64,000 nt of DNA. Source: an uncultured delta proteobacterium (GTDB lineage: Bacteria; Myxococcota_A; Polyangia; Haliangiales; Haliangiaceae). The stretch is from positions 47,963-111,962 of the forward strand of contig CAVWXW010000004.1 in NCBI GenBank assembly GCA_963759105.1, in the 5' to 3' direction. The translations under genes and the position numbers were made by a program. Shown piece by piece: positions 1-11,926 of this stretch (position 1 is its first letter; every line of letters starts with the position of its first letter). Below the pieces are notes generated by a model, which did not search any database, was not told the DNA's origin, and saw only the letters and a program-made list of their open reading frames with translations.

Positions 1-1220
1 CGCGCACCAGATCGCGGCCCAGGTTGTAGTTGATGACGTAGCTGCGGTTGGCCTCGATGAACTTCACCATCTTGCGCGCGTTCTCCGGCTCCGCCAGGCC
101 GTAGCGGGTCAGGTAGGCCGCGACGGCGTCGGCGTCGATCTCTCCGTCGAGGTAGCGGCGCGCGGCCTGGTTGGTCGCGTGGCGCAGCTCGAGGAGCAGC
201 TCGGTCACCTCGGCGTAGGTCGCCGCGCGCGCCGGATCCAGGCCGGCGAGCGGATAGAGCGAGCGCCGCTCGAACTGGACCCGCTCCTCGCGCGGGAACG
301 CGAGCTCGATGCCGTAGTTCGCGCTGCCCTCGCCGATGAGGCTCATCGGGCCGAACAGCGGCACCACCGAGAACTCGGTCCAGCCCCGCCCCCGCACCAG
401 CCGCTGCTCGAGCAGGACGTTCTGGAGGTGGTGGCCGGGATAGCCCTCGTGGCAGGCCAGATCGATCGCGCGATCGATGTGGATCGGCAGGTCGGTGTTC
501 ACCTGGATGATGCTGCGGTAGTTGCCCTTGTACCAGTTGTAGCCGCCCCACGGCTTGTCCTTCACGTACTCGACGGTGAAGCGCTCGCCGGCGGGCAGCT
601 CGATGTGGCGCACGGTGCGCGCCCGGCACTCGGCGATGGCGGCGGCGAAGACCGCGTCCAGCTTGTCGGAGGGGATGACCACCCCCGCGCGCAGCGCGTC
701 GATGCGGCTGTTGAGCGTGCCCTCGCCCGGGATCAGGCGATCGATGCGCGCCAGCACCTCGTCGAACCGCGCCTCGGGCACGACCGGCGCGACCGCGTCG
801 TACAGCACGCGCGACTCGTCGTCGAAGCGCAGGCGCTTGCCGGCCAGCAGGTCGAGGCGCGCCAGCATCGCCGTCAGTTGCTCGATCAGGAAGCGCCGGC
901 GCAGCGTCTCCAGCTCGTCGCCGGAGCCGGGCGCGGCGCGGATGTCCGCGATCAGCCGCTCGGCCCCGGCGCGGATCTGCGGGATCGATCGGCGCTCGCG
1001 CTCGACCGACGCGCGCCACTCGGCCGGGCCGTAGTAGGCGTTAACGTAGCTCGCGTCGTGGACGCCCACCGCCAGGACGAGCCGCACGTACGACTCGGAG
1101 ATGCGATCCATGCCCGGCTGGTCCTGCGCGCCGGATCGCGGCCCGCAGGAGGAAGACGCCGCGAGCACCGCGGCCGCGACCATGAGGAACGAGAGAGCTC
1201 GCCTGCGCCCATGAGACATG
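1..1220 (-). CDS. secreted protein or lipoprotein of unknown function (N-terminal 406 aa; C-terminus lies beyond the window start)
   Basis: Minus-strand ATG is the complement of 1218-1220. Translation starts MSHGRRRALSFLMVAAAVLAASSSCGPRSG, a signal peptide with a lipobox-like LAASSSC. The frame stays open to the window edge. Confidence 0.6.
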
Positions 1221-1249
1221 GTGCGCATGGTCTCACGGCCGGGACGGCC

Positions 1250-3740
1250 ATGGTCGCACGAGATTCCGGTCCCTCCAGGGCGCGACCGACGAGGCGGACG
1301 AGCTCGTTCTCGGAGAACGGCTTCTCCAGGAGCATGACGCCCGGCTGCAGCGAGCCATTCGACAGCGACGAGCGGGCGTAGCCGGACATGAAGATCACGC
1401 GGATGCTCGGGCGCAGGGCCGCGATGGCTGCGGCGACGTCCTTGCCGAGCATCTGCGGCATGATGACGTCGGTCAGGAGCAGGTCGATCGGGCCCTCGTG
1501 GCTCCTGGCCAGGGCGATCGCCTCGCGCCGCCGGCGGCGGTCGAGCACTGCGTAGCCGTTGCGCGCCAGGATGCGGCGAGTGGCTTCGCGCAGAGGGGCC
1601 TCGTCCTCGACGACCAGCACGACCTGGCCGGTGGCGCGCCGCTCCGCGTTGTCGGCCGGCGCCGCGCTCACCTCGGCGCCGCCGTCGGTCGCCGGCCAGA
1701 CGCCGGTGACGCGGTGCCGTCACCGGGTCCGGAATCGATCCGCACGCCGCCGCCCGCCTGCGCGACGATCCCGTGCACCGTGGCCAGCCCGAGGCCGGAG
1801 CCCTTCCCCTTCTCCTTGGTGGTGAAGAATGGCTCGAACGCGCGTTCGCGCGACCTCCGCGGTCATGCCCGGTGCCGGTGTCGCTGACGCGCAGCCGGAC
1901 GTAGCGGCCGGGCGGGACGCCGGCCACGACGGCCGCGCTGCCCGCATCGATGTGCACGTTGGCGGTCTCGATGGTGAGCTTTCCTCCGCCCGACATCGCG
2001 TCGCGCGCGTTGACGGCGAGGTTGACCAGGACCTGCTCGAGCTGTCCGGGGTCGGCCAGCATCGCCCACAGCGTCGGCTCGAGCGGAGTCTCGAGCTCGA
2101 TGTGCGCGCCGAGCAGCGGCGCAGGAGCTGCTCGACGTCCGCGGATGACGTCGTTGAGCAGCAGCACCACCGGGCGCACGACCTCGCGGCGGCCGAACGC
2201 GAGCAGCTGGCGGGTCAGCTCGGCTGCGCGCTTCGCCGCCCGGTTGATCTGCTGACGTCGGACAGGAGCCCGCCGGTGCGCGGGTCGGTCGAGCCTGGCG
2301 GCCATCGACGTCAGCTCCTCGGCGACGAACGACGCGTAGCTCAGGATGGCGGAGAGTAGATTGTTGAAGTCGTGCGCGACCCCGCCGGCGAGCTGGCCCA
2401 GGCTCTCGAGCCGCTGCGACTGGTGGAGCAGCGCTCCAGCCGCGCGCGCTCCTCCTCCGCGAGCCGCCGTTCGGTGATGTCCTGGGTGAAGCCGGCCACC
2501 CGGATCGCCACTCCCTCGCCTCCTCCACCACCTCGCCGTGCGCGTTCACCCAGCGCTGCTCCCCATCCGGGTGCACCATGCGGAACTCGTGGTCGAAGGG
2601 CTGGCCGTTCTCGATGGCGTCCGGACCGCGGCCTGGACCCCCTCCTGGTCCTCCGGGTGACGCGGGCGAAGAAGCCCTCGAAGTCGAATGGTGCCCCTCC
2701 GGGCTCGACGCCGACGATGCGGAACAGCTCGTCGGAGCAGATGACCGCGTTGGTCGGCCACGTTCCACGACCAGGAGCCGAGGCGGGCTTGCCGCTCGGC
2801 CTCGGCGAGCTGTTCTCGGCTGCGCCGCATCGACCTCACCTCCGCTTCTGGTCGGTGACGTCCTGGCAGTAGCCGACCAGCATCGGCTCCACCACGAAAT
2901 GGACTGTGGGCAGGACCATTCCTCGTGCGTGGGCCCAGCGCATGTCGTCGTGCAGCAGCATGAGCCGGTACTCGAGGTCGAACACCTCCCGCGTCGCGAT
3001 GCCTCGGCGGATCTCGCGCGGACGCCCTCCCCGTCGTCCGGATGCACACGGGAAAGGTACGCGTCCAGCCTCGACGGGGTCGGCCGGACGGCTCCGTAGA
3101 GCGCGAACAGCTCTGCCGACCAGTACAGGGCGTCGCTCGATGTGGTAGCGCCAGGTCCCCATCTGACAGAGGCGCTCGGCGTGGCCAGCCGGCCCTACCG
3201 TCCCCGATCTCTCGTGCGGCGCGCGCCGAGGACAGCGCCGACCAGATCCAGGCCGACGTGCAAGATCAATCGAGGAGGCAGCTCCTCGGGCCGCCGCCCC
3301 TGCGGGAAGAGCTCCATCACCCCCTCGATCCCCTGCCCGCCCACGATTGGCGCCGCGATCCCCGCCCCCATGCCGCTGGCGATTGCGGCCGCACCTCGAG
3401 GATCCTCGCCCATGCCGCGCTCCACAGCGTCTGCCCGGTCGCCAGGGCGCGGCCGGCCAGCCCCGCGTCCGGACGGCAGCGGCGTGCGCGAGGTCGCCTC
3501 CACGAACGGCGACGCGCGCTCCGCGTCGCTCGCATGCCAGATGTCGGTGGGCCGGAGCGTCGCTAATCTCGGGTTGACCAGATAGACGTGGCCGACCGGG
3601 CAGCCTAGGAAGTCGCAGACGAGCTCCAGCGCGCGCGCCAGGCACTCCTCCGCCCCGCTGGCCGAGGTCGCCAGTCTGGTGGTCTGATTGAACAGGCGCA
3701 CAACATCCCGCAGGTCGATTCCTGATTGGGGAGTGGCCAT
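1250..3740 (-). CDS. hybrid sensor histidine kinase (GAF-PAS-HisKA-HATPase_c-REC); frame disrupted several times in this sequence
   Basis: Start [13 protein letters not shown] at 3740. GAF-like motifs ([15 protein letters not shown]). PAS ([20 protein letters not shown]...). HATPase G2 box [32 protein letters not shown] in an alternate frame at 1741-1830. C-terminal receiver [20 protein letters not shown]...[14 protein letters not shown] (ORF 952..1671). Pieces lie in at least 5 different frames. The REC frame runs on without a stop into the downstream lipoprotein gene. Confidence 0.6.
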
Positions 3741-3889
3741 GGAGCACACGCATCCGGGCAGCCGAGTGCGTCCCTGGTATTTCCTCAAATTATGCAGTCT
3801 CGTCGCGGCAGCGTCCAATCCCCCCTCCTGGCAGTGCCACACTCGAGACACGCGGCGCCAAATGCCCGAGCAGGAGGGGTTCACCGATC

Positions 3890-4816
3890 ATGGACATCCT
3901 CGAGGCCATCGGCAACACGTCGATGGTCCGGCTCCGCAAGGTCGTTCCGCCCGGCTGCGCGGACATCTTCGTGAAGCTCGAGTGGGAGAACCCCACCGGC
4001 AGCGTCAAGGACCGGATGGCGCAGGCGGTGATCTCGCGGGCGGAGGAGGACGGCCGGCTGAAGCCCGGAGACACCGTCGTCGAGTACACGGGCGGCAGCA
4101 CGGGGACGTCGCTGGCGCTGGTCTGCGCCGCCAAGGGCTACCGCATCCGGATCGTCACCTCCGACGCGTTCAGCCAGGAGAAGCTGGGACCACATGGCGG
4201 CGCTGGGCGCCGAGCTGACGCTCGTCCCGAGCGAGGGAGGCCTCACCACCAGGAAGCTGATCCTGGACATGATCGAGGCCGCGCGCGGGCTGAGCCAGGA
4301 GCCGCACACCTACTGGACCGACCAGCTCAACAACCAGGACAGCATCGCGGGCTACTACCCGCTGGGCGAGGAGATCTGGAGCCAGACGAGCGGGGAGGTC
4401 GACGCCTTCGTCCACTGCGTGGGCACGGCGGCCTCGTCGCGCGGCGTGGCCACCGTGCTGAAGCGGCACAAGCCGAGCGTCAGGATCGTCGTCGTCGAGC
4501 CCGCGGAGTCCTCGGTGCTGCTCGGCGGCCAGCCGGGCCGCACAAGATCGAAGGCGTCGGGATCGGCTACACGCCTCCGCTCTGGGAGCCGAGCGCTCGT
4601 GGACGAGATCCTGCCGGTCGCGACGGACGACGCCGAAGGAGATGGCGCGGCGCCTCGCGCGGGAGGAGGCCCTCTTCGCGGGGACGTCGTCCGGGGCGAA
4701 CGTCGTCGCCGCGATTCGGGTGGCGCGAGCGGCTGGGGCCGGGCGCCAAGGTGGTCACGCTGATGGCCGACTCCGGCCTGAAGTACCTGAGCACCGACGT
4801 GTACCGGCAGAAGTAA
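3890..4816 (+). CDS. cysK: cysteine synthase (O-acetylserine sulfhydrylase), PLP-dependent; frameshifted about 4 times
   Basis: MDILEAIGNTSMVRLRKV...ENPTGSVKDRMAQAVI (PLP lysine motif) in frame 1. Continues in frame 3 (4194..4763: TLVPSEGGLTTRKLILD...HCVGTAASSRGVATVLKRHKPSVRIVVVEPAES). C-terminus KVVTLMADSGLKYLSTDVYRQK is back in frame 1. Confidence 0.75.
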   Translation: MDILEAIGNTSMVRLRKVVPPGCADIFVKLEWENPTGSVKDRMAQAVISRAEEDGRLKPGDTVVEYTGGSTGTSLALVCAAKGYRIRIVTSDAFSQEKLGPHGGAGRRADARPERGRPHHQEADPGHDRGRARAEPGAAHLLDRPAQQPGQHRGLLPAGRGDLEPDERGGRRLRPLRGHGGLVARRGHRAEAAQAERQDRRRRARGVLGAARRPAGPHKIEGVGIGYTPPLWEPSARGRDPAGRDGRRRRRWRGASRGRRPSSRGRRPGRTSSPRFGWRERLGPGAKVVTLMADSGLKYLSTDVYRQK

Positions 4817-4865
4817 GATACGGGGGGCTCAGCCGCAGCGGAGCGTGATGGGGAGCGGCGCGAGC

Positions 4866-5444
<579 letters not shown>

Positions 5445-5492
5445 CTCTGCCCGGGGATATGCTCCGGGTAGACAATCATATCGCGATGCGAT

Positions 5493-5965
5493 ATGTCTCG
5501 GGCCGCCTTGCCCGTCGACCGGCTGTCCAGCGCAGATTTTCGCTCGCTCGCGGAGTTCCGCTACCAGCTGCGCCTGTTCCTCGCGTTCTCGGAGGAGCAG
5601 GCGCGCGCGGTCGGGCTCAATCCGCAGCAGCACCAGCTCTTGCTCGCGATCCGCGTGTCCGCGCCCGGGGCGCCCACCGTCGGCCACCTGGCGGAGCGGC
5701 TCATCCTCCGCCACCACAGCGTGGTGGGGCTGATCGACCGGCTCGAACAGCGGCAGCTGGTCAGTCGCTCGCGATTGCCGGAGGACCGCCGTCAGGCGCG
5801 CGTGCGGATCACGCGCGCCAGGGGGAGCGGATCCTGCACCGGCTCGCGCTCGCGCACAGGGCCGAGCTCCGCCGCGCGAGGCCTCAGCTGGTGGCCGCTC
5901 TTGCGCGGCTGGCGAGCGGCCGCGCGAGAGCGCCGTCATCGCGAGCGAAACACGGAGGCGCATGA
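5493..5965 (+). CDS. MarR-family transcriptional regulator (one frameshift near 5820)
   Basis: MSRAALPVDRLSSADFRSLAEFRYQLRLFLAFSEEQARAVGLNPQQHQLLLAIRVS...RQARVRITRA, then frame 2 GERILHRLALAHRAELRRARPQLVAALARLA. The stop overlaps the next start (ATGA at 5962). Confidence 0.7.
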
Positions 5966-7640
5966 ACGCAGACAGCACCCAGATCCGTCAGTCCTGGTTC
6001 GAACGCCTCTTCCCGGACCGGCCGCACGCCAGGCTCGGCGACTTCACCGCAACGCCGCGGATGCTGCCCATCGCCGCCATCGCGATCGCGATCGGCATCC
6101 TCAGCGCCTATGTCGCGCTCGCGCTGCTCGGCTGATCGGGCTGTTCACGAACCTGTTCTTCTTCCAGCGGTTCGACACCGCGCTGGTCGCCCGGCGGACG
6201 CACACCTCGGCGCCGCTGGTCGATCGCTCGTGCCGGTGGTCGGCGCGCTGATCATCGGGCTGATGGCGCGCTACGGCTCGGAGCGCATCCGCGGCCACGG
6301 CATCCCCGAGGCGATCGAGGCGATCCTCATGCAGCGGCAGCCGGGTCGAGCCGAAGGTCGCGCGTGCTCAAGCCGCTGTCGTCGGCGATCTCGATCGGCT
6401 CCGGCGGGCCGTTCGGCGCCGAGGGGCCGATCATCATGACCGGCGGCGCGTTCGGCTCGCTGATCGCGCAGTTCTTCCACCTGACCAGCGCCGAGCGCAA
6501 GACGCTGCTCGTCGCCGGCGCCGCGGCCGGCATGTCGGCGACGTTCGCGCGCGCCGGTGGCCGCGGTGCTGCTGGCCGTCGAGCTGCTGCTGTTCGAGTG
6601 GAAGCCGCGCAGCTTCATGCCGGTCGCGCTCGCCAGCGCCACCGCGGCGGCGACGCGTCGCTACCTGCTCGGGCTCGGCCCGCTGTTCCCCGTGCCGCCG
6701 CATCCGGCCTTCATCGGCGTGCCGGGCCTCGCTGGCTGCGTCGCTCGCCGGCCTGCTCGCCGGCGCGCTGTCGGCGCTGCTGACCGCCGGCGTCTACGCG
6801 CCGAGGACGCTGTTCCAGCAGCTGCCGCATCCACTGGATGTGGTGGCCGGCGATCGGCGGCCTGGTCATCGGCGTCGGCGGCTGATCGTTCCCGCAGGCG
6901 CTCGGCGTCGGCTACGACGCCATCGGCGCGCTGCTGTCAGGGCGACGTCGCCGAGCGCCGCGCTCCTCGGCGTGCTGGTCGTGAAGTCGATCATCTGGTC
7001 GGTGTCGCTCGGCTCGGGCACCTCGGGCGGCGTGCTGGCGCCGCTGCTGATGATGGGCGGCGCGCTCGGCGGCTCGAGGCGACGCTTCTTGCCGGCGGAC
7101 GGGCCCGGCTTCTGGCCGCTGGTCAGCATGGGCGCGATCCTCGGCGGCACGATGCGCTCGCCGTTCACCGGCGATGGTCTTCGCGCTCGAGCTGACGCAC
7201 GACGTCAACATGCTGCTGCCGCTGCTGTCGCGGTCGCGTCGCGCACGCGCTTCACCGTGCTGGTGCTGCGGCGCTCGATCCTCACCGAGAAGATCGCGCG
7301 CCGCGGCTTTCACCTCAGCCGCGAGTACGCGATCGATCCGCTGGAGATCCTGTTCGTGCGCGAGGTGATGCGCTCGGAGCCGGGCGGGCCGCCTCCCCTC
7401 GCGCCCGCCATCTGCTACCCCGACGAGACGCTTCGCACGGTCGTGTACCGCATGGCGCACCTCGGCGAGGTCCGGCTGGCGGTCGTCGATCGCGCGGATC
7501 CGTCCATCTCGGTCGGCGAGGTCACTCTGCAAGACCTGCTCATCGCGCGACGCCGCCACCTGGAGGAGGAGACGCGGCGAGAGCGCCCGCTGCCCCTGCC
7601 GATGATGATGACCCCCTGGCTCAGAGCCGGGCCCAAGTAG
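5962..7640 (+). CDS. ClC-family voltage-gated chloride channel with C-terminal CBS domains (multiple frameshifts)
   Basis: MNADSTQIRQSWFERLF...IAIAIGILSAYVALALLG. ClC signature GSGGPFGAEGPIIMTGGAFGSL (6364..). GSGTSGGVLAPLLMMGGALGG. CBS-like C-terminus ICYPDETLRTVVYRMAHLGEVRLAVVDRADPSISVGEVTLQDLL. Confidence 0.75.
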
Positions 7641-7649
7641 CTCTCCGCC

Positions 7650-9232
7650 GTGGTTTCATTGCCGGACATGTCCGGCGGCAATCGCATGGAGTCGCTCGTC
7701 CAGCGGCGGGACGAGACCACGCTGAGCATCGCCAACGCCCACGGCGTTCCGGTCACGCTGTTCGCGAACCGGGACGTCCCGGTGGAGCTCGAGGCGGTGG
7801 AGCAGGCCCTCGACTTCGTCTCCCTGCAGGGGACGGTCAACGAGATCTGGAGCCGCGAGCGAGACGGGGGCGACGTCTTCTGGGGCGACGCGGCCGGGAA
7901 GCTGAACCGGGTGGTCCTCACGCCCGACTTTCATCGCGGCGCCGGCATCCCGGTCGGCACCGTCGCCGAGGTGGATGGATTCGTCGTCCCGCAGGCGGTG
8001 GGCAACGACGTCTGCTGCGGCATGCGCCTGCTTGTCACCGACGTGACACGCGACGAGCTGGCCGGTCACCTCGACGCGCTCGAGGCGCCGCTGCGCGGCG
8101 TCTTCTTCAGGGGACAGCGCGACATCCCGATGTCGTCGCGCCAGCGAGAGGCGCTGCTCAAGGAGGGTCTGTGGGGCCTGTACGAGACCCGCCAGGACAA
8201 CGAGAACACGGGCATCTGGCGCCACTACGACCCGCGCGCCCAGGAGGCCGAGCTGTCGTCGGTCCACTTCCAGGGTGTGCTGCCGGCGTCGGGCGTCTTC
8301 GCCTTCGGGGACTACATCGCCGGACTCGGGCGCCATCGACGGGCGCGACTCGCAGATAGGCTCGGTCGGCGGCGGCAACCACTTCGTCGAGCTGCAGGTG
8401 GTGGAGGAGATCCTCGACGGGCAGACCGCCCACTCGTGGGGCGTCCACCAGGGACGCGTCGCCATCATGGCGCACTCCGGCTCGGTCGGCCTCGGCCACG
8501 CGGTCGGCGGCCACTTCCTGGACCAGGCCAGGGCGCATCTTTCCGGCGCAGATGAAGCGCCCGGACCACGGCTTCTACGTCATCCCGACCAGGGGTCCGC
8601 ACCAGGCGCTGGCGGCGAGGTATCTCGACGCCATGCGCAACGCGGCGAACTTCGCGTTCGGCAACCGCCTCTTTCTCGGCCTGATGGCGGTGCGAGTCCT
8701 GTCGGAGGTGCTCGGTCGCCACATCGACGCGCGCCTGGTCCACGACGCGCCGCACAACCTGATCTGGGAGCAGGACGGCGGCGCGGACCGCCACGTCCAT
8801 CGCAAGGGCGCCTGCCCCGCGCTGGGACCGGACGTCGGCTCCGCGGGCCCGTTCCGCTTCACCGGCCACCCGGTCATCATCCCGGGCTCGATGGGCGCTT
8901 CCAGCTACCTCCTGGCCGGGGCAGGCAGCGACGCCTCTCTGCGCAGCGCATGCCACGGCGCCGGCCGGAGCCTGTCGCGAGGGAAGTCCCGCCAGATGGA
9001 CGAGCAGCGCTACGCCGACACGTTCTCTCGCCTGCGCGTGGTCACGCCGATCGATCCGCGAGCCGCCGACGTCCGCCTGCGCCGCGACGTGCTCGCCCAG
9101 TACCACGACCGCCTCAAGGAGGAGGCGCCGTACGCGTACAAGGACATCACGCCGGTGGTGCAGACCGTCGAGGACGCGGGCATCGCCCGCCGCGTGGCCC
9201 GGCTGTGGCCGGTCATGACCATCAAGGGATAG
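7650..9232 (+). CDS. rtcB: RtcB-family RNA ligase (two frameshifts, near 8330 and 8540)
   Basis: PDFHRGAGIPVGTVAEV...NDVCCGMRLL. GGGNHFVELQVVEEILD. HSGSVGLGHAVGGHF. C-terminus HDAPHNLIWEQDGG...PVIIPGSMGASSYLLAGAG...CHGAGRSLSRGKSRQ. All typical RtcB motifs. Confidence 0.8.
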
Positions 9233-9242
9233 AGTCCCGGCG

Positions 9243-10286
9243 ATGGACCTCGCGGGCGCCATCGCGGCGCATCTGGCCGAGTGGGAGGCGCCGGTCGTCG
9301 AGCTGGCCATCTTCGGGACCGGCAATCCGCCGGCGATCGCCGCGGCGCTGGAGCAGTTCATCGCCGGGTCGCTCGGCGCGCCGGTCGCCGAGTGTCTGTT
9401 CTATCGCACCAGCGTCGGCGCCGTGGCCGGCGTGCGCCTGGCCGACGGCCGGCGCGTCGTCGTCAAGGTCCATCAGCCGCACGTGTCGCGGGCGCGGCTG
9501 GCCGCCGTGCACGACGTCATGGCCGCGCTGGCGGCGCCGGCTTCCCGTGCCCGCGGCCGCTGGTGGCGCCGGTGCCGATCGCCAACGGCCTGGCCACCGC
9601 CGGGAATGATCGATGGCGGCGAGCTGCGCGACGGACACGAGCCGGCCGTCCGGCGCGAACTGGCGGGCCGCCTGGCCGAGCTGGTCGCTCTCGTCAAGGT
9701 CACGCCGGCACGCGAGCCGCTCGGCGCGGGCTGGTTCAGCGGGCTCCCGGCCGAGCGCCTGTGGCCGCGGCCGCACAGCCCGCTGTTCGACTTCGAGCGC
9801 ACGGCCGCGGGCGCGGAGTCAATCGACGCGATCGCCGCCCAGGCCCGCCAGGCGCCGCGCGCCGGCGCCCGCGTCATCGGGCATTTCGACTGGCGCGCCG
9901 AGCACGTGCGCTTCGAGGGCGATCGCGCGGTCGCGGTCTACGACTGGGACAGCCTGCACGTGGACCTCGAACCGACCGTCGTCGGCGCGGCGGCACACGC
10001 CTTCTGCGCCGACTGGGAGCGCGCGGACGTCCCGGCGGCCCCGTCGGTCGACGAGCTGCGAGCCTTCGTCGGCGAGTACGAGGATGCGCGCGGCCGCCGC
10101 TTCGCCGGCGACGAGCGCCGCACGCTGGCCGGCTCGCTGGTCTACTCGCTCGCCTACACCGCGCGATGCGTGCATGCCCTCGGCGCCGACGCCGACGATC
10201 GCGGGCGGGCGTTCGTCCAGCTACTCGAGGCTCAGGGCGCCGGCGCTGCTGCGCGGGCTCTGATCAAGGGAGAGCGGCGAATATAG
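9243..10286 (+). CDS. phosphotransferase-enzyme family protein (APH-like kinase fold); frameshifted near 9540-9610
   Basis: C-terminal part RVIGHFDWRAEHVRFEGDRAVAVYDWDSLHV matches the APH/choline-kinase catalytic region. The N-terminus is in a continuous 347-aa ORF. Confidence 0.55.
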   Translation: MDLAGAIAAHLAEWEAPVVELAIFGTGNPPAIAAALEQFIAGSLGAPVAECLFYRTSVGAVAGVRLADGRRVVVKVHQPHVSRARLAAVHDVMAALAAPASRARGRWWRRCRSPTAWPPPGMIDGGELRDGHEPAVRRELAGRLAELVALVKVTPAREPLGAGWFSGLPAERLWPRPHSPLFDFERTAAGAESIDAIAAQARQAPRAGARVIGHFDWRAEHVRFEGDRAVAVYDWDSLHVDLEPTVVGAAAHAFCADWERADVPAAPSVDELRAFVGEYEDARGRRFAGDERRTLAGSLVYSLAYTARCVHALGADADDRGRAFVQLLEAQGAGAAARALIKGERRI

Positions 10287-10300
10287 AAGGTCGGCCGACT

Positions 10301-10350
10301 CCCCCCCCCCGCGCGGGCCCGCCCCCCCCCCCCCCCCCTCCCTCCCCGGA
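10301..10350. repeat. poly-C tracts (C10 and C17; G-runs on the minus strand) in an intergenic region
   Basis: tcccccccccccgcgcgggcccgccccccccccccccccctccctcccc, between the APH-like gene and the ALDH gene. Confidence 0.9.
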
Positions 10351-10400
10351 TGTCCGCCATCCGGCTTGTGTCGCGCGGCCGGCGGCGGTACGCGTAGCGC

Positions 10401-11916
10401 ATGCACGACGTCGCCCGCGAGACCCAGCAGCTGCTCCTCCGCCTCGGTGTCGCCCCGGATGCGTTCGCCGGCGGCGATCTGGTCGCGCGCTCGCCGATCA
10501 CCGGCGAGGTGATCGGCCGGGTCGCGGAGGCGTCGGCCGCGGACGTCGACGCCGCGGTCGGCCAGGCCCACCGCGCGTTCGCCGTCCTGGCGCGAGGTGC
10601 CGGCGCCGCGGCGCGGCGAGCTGGTCCGCCTGCTCGGCGAGGAGCTGCGCGCCGCCAAGGACGACCTCGCCCGGCTGGTGACCATCGAGGCCGGCAAGAT
10701 CGTCTCGGAGGGCCTGGGCGAGGTGCAGGAGATGATCGACATCTGCGACTTCGCGGTCGGCCTGTCGCGCCAGCTCTACGGGCTGACCATCGCCACCGAG
10801 CGGCGCGACCACCGCATGATGGAGACCTGGCACCCGCTCGGCGTGGTCGGCATCATCACCGCGTTCAACTTCCCGGTCGCGGTGTGGTCGTGGAACGCGG
10901 CGCTGGCCCTGGTGTGCGGCGACCCGTGCGTGTGGAAGCCGTCGGAGAAGACGCCGCTGACCGCGCTGGCGACCCACGCGCTGCTCGACCGCGCGCTGGC
11001 CCGCTTCGGCGACGCGCCGGCCGGGCTGGCCCACGTGCTGCTCGGCGGCGCGCGGCCGGCGCCGCGCTGGTCGACGACCCCCGCGTCGCGCTGGTCTCGG
11101 CCACCGGCTCGACCGGCGATGGGCCGGACCGTCGGCCCGCGGGTCGCCGCCCGCTTCGGCCGCGCGCTGCTCGAGCTCGGCGGCAACAACGCCGCGATCG
11201 TGTGCCCGTCGGCCGATCTCGATCTGACCGTGCGCGCGGTCGCGTTCGCCGCCATGGGCACCGCCGGCCAGCGCTGCACCACGCTGCGCCGGCTGCTCGT
11301 GCACGACGACATCCACGCCCCGCTGCTCGCGCGCCTGCGCCGGGCCTACGCGTCGGTGCGGGTCGGCGATCCGCGCGAGAGCGGGACCCTGGTCGGCCCG
11401 CTGATCGACGGCCGCGCCGCCGAGGCGATGGCCGCGGCGCTCGACGAGGCGCGCGCGGCGGGCGGCACCGTGCACGGCGGCGAGCCGGTCGCGGTCGGCC
11501 CCGGCGGCCACTACGTGCGCCCGGCGCTGGTCGAGCTGCCGGCCCAGGCCGGGCCGATGCTGCGCGAGACCTTCGCGCCGATCCTGTACGTCGTGCGCTA
11601 CCGCGAGCTCGACGAGGCGATCGCGCAGCACAACGCCGTGTCGCAGGGCCTGTCGTCGTCGATCTTCACCCGCGATCTGCGCGAGGCGGAGCGGTTCCTG
11701 TCGGCCGCCGGCTCCGACTGCGGCATCGCCAACGTCAACCTCGGCCCGTCGGGCGCCGAGATCGGCGGCGCCTTCGGCGGCGAGAAGGAGACCGGCGGCG
11801 GCCGCGAGTCCGGCTCCGACGCGTGGCGCGCGTACATGCGGCGCGCCACCAACACGATCAACTACGGCCGCGCGCTGCCGCTGGCCCAGGGCGTGCGCTT
11901 CGACCTGGACGCGTAG
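10401..11916 (+). CDS. aldehyde dehydrogenase, ALDH7 / piperideine-6-carboxylate (alpha-aminoadipic semialdehyde) dehydrogenase family; 3 frameshifts
   Basis: ETWHPLGVVGIITAFNFPVAVWSWNAALALVCGDPCVWKPSEKTPLTALA is ALDH7-like. ELGGNNAAIVCPSADLDL and GTAGQRCTTLRRLLVHDDIH carry the catalytic Cys region. Ends ...NTINYGRALPLAQGVRFDLDA* at 11916. The N-terminus MHDVARETQQLL is in frame 3. Confidence 0.8.
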
Positions 11917-11926
11917 ACGCTGTCGA

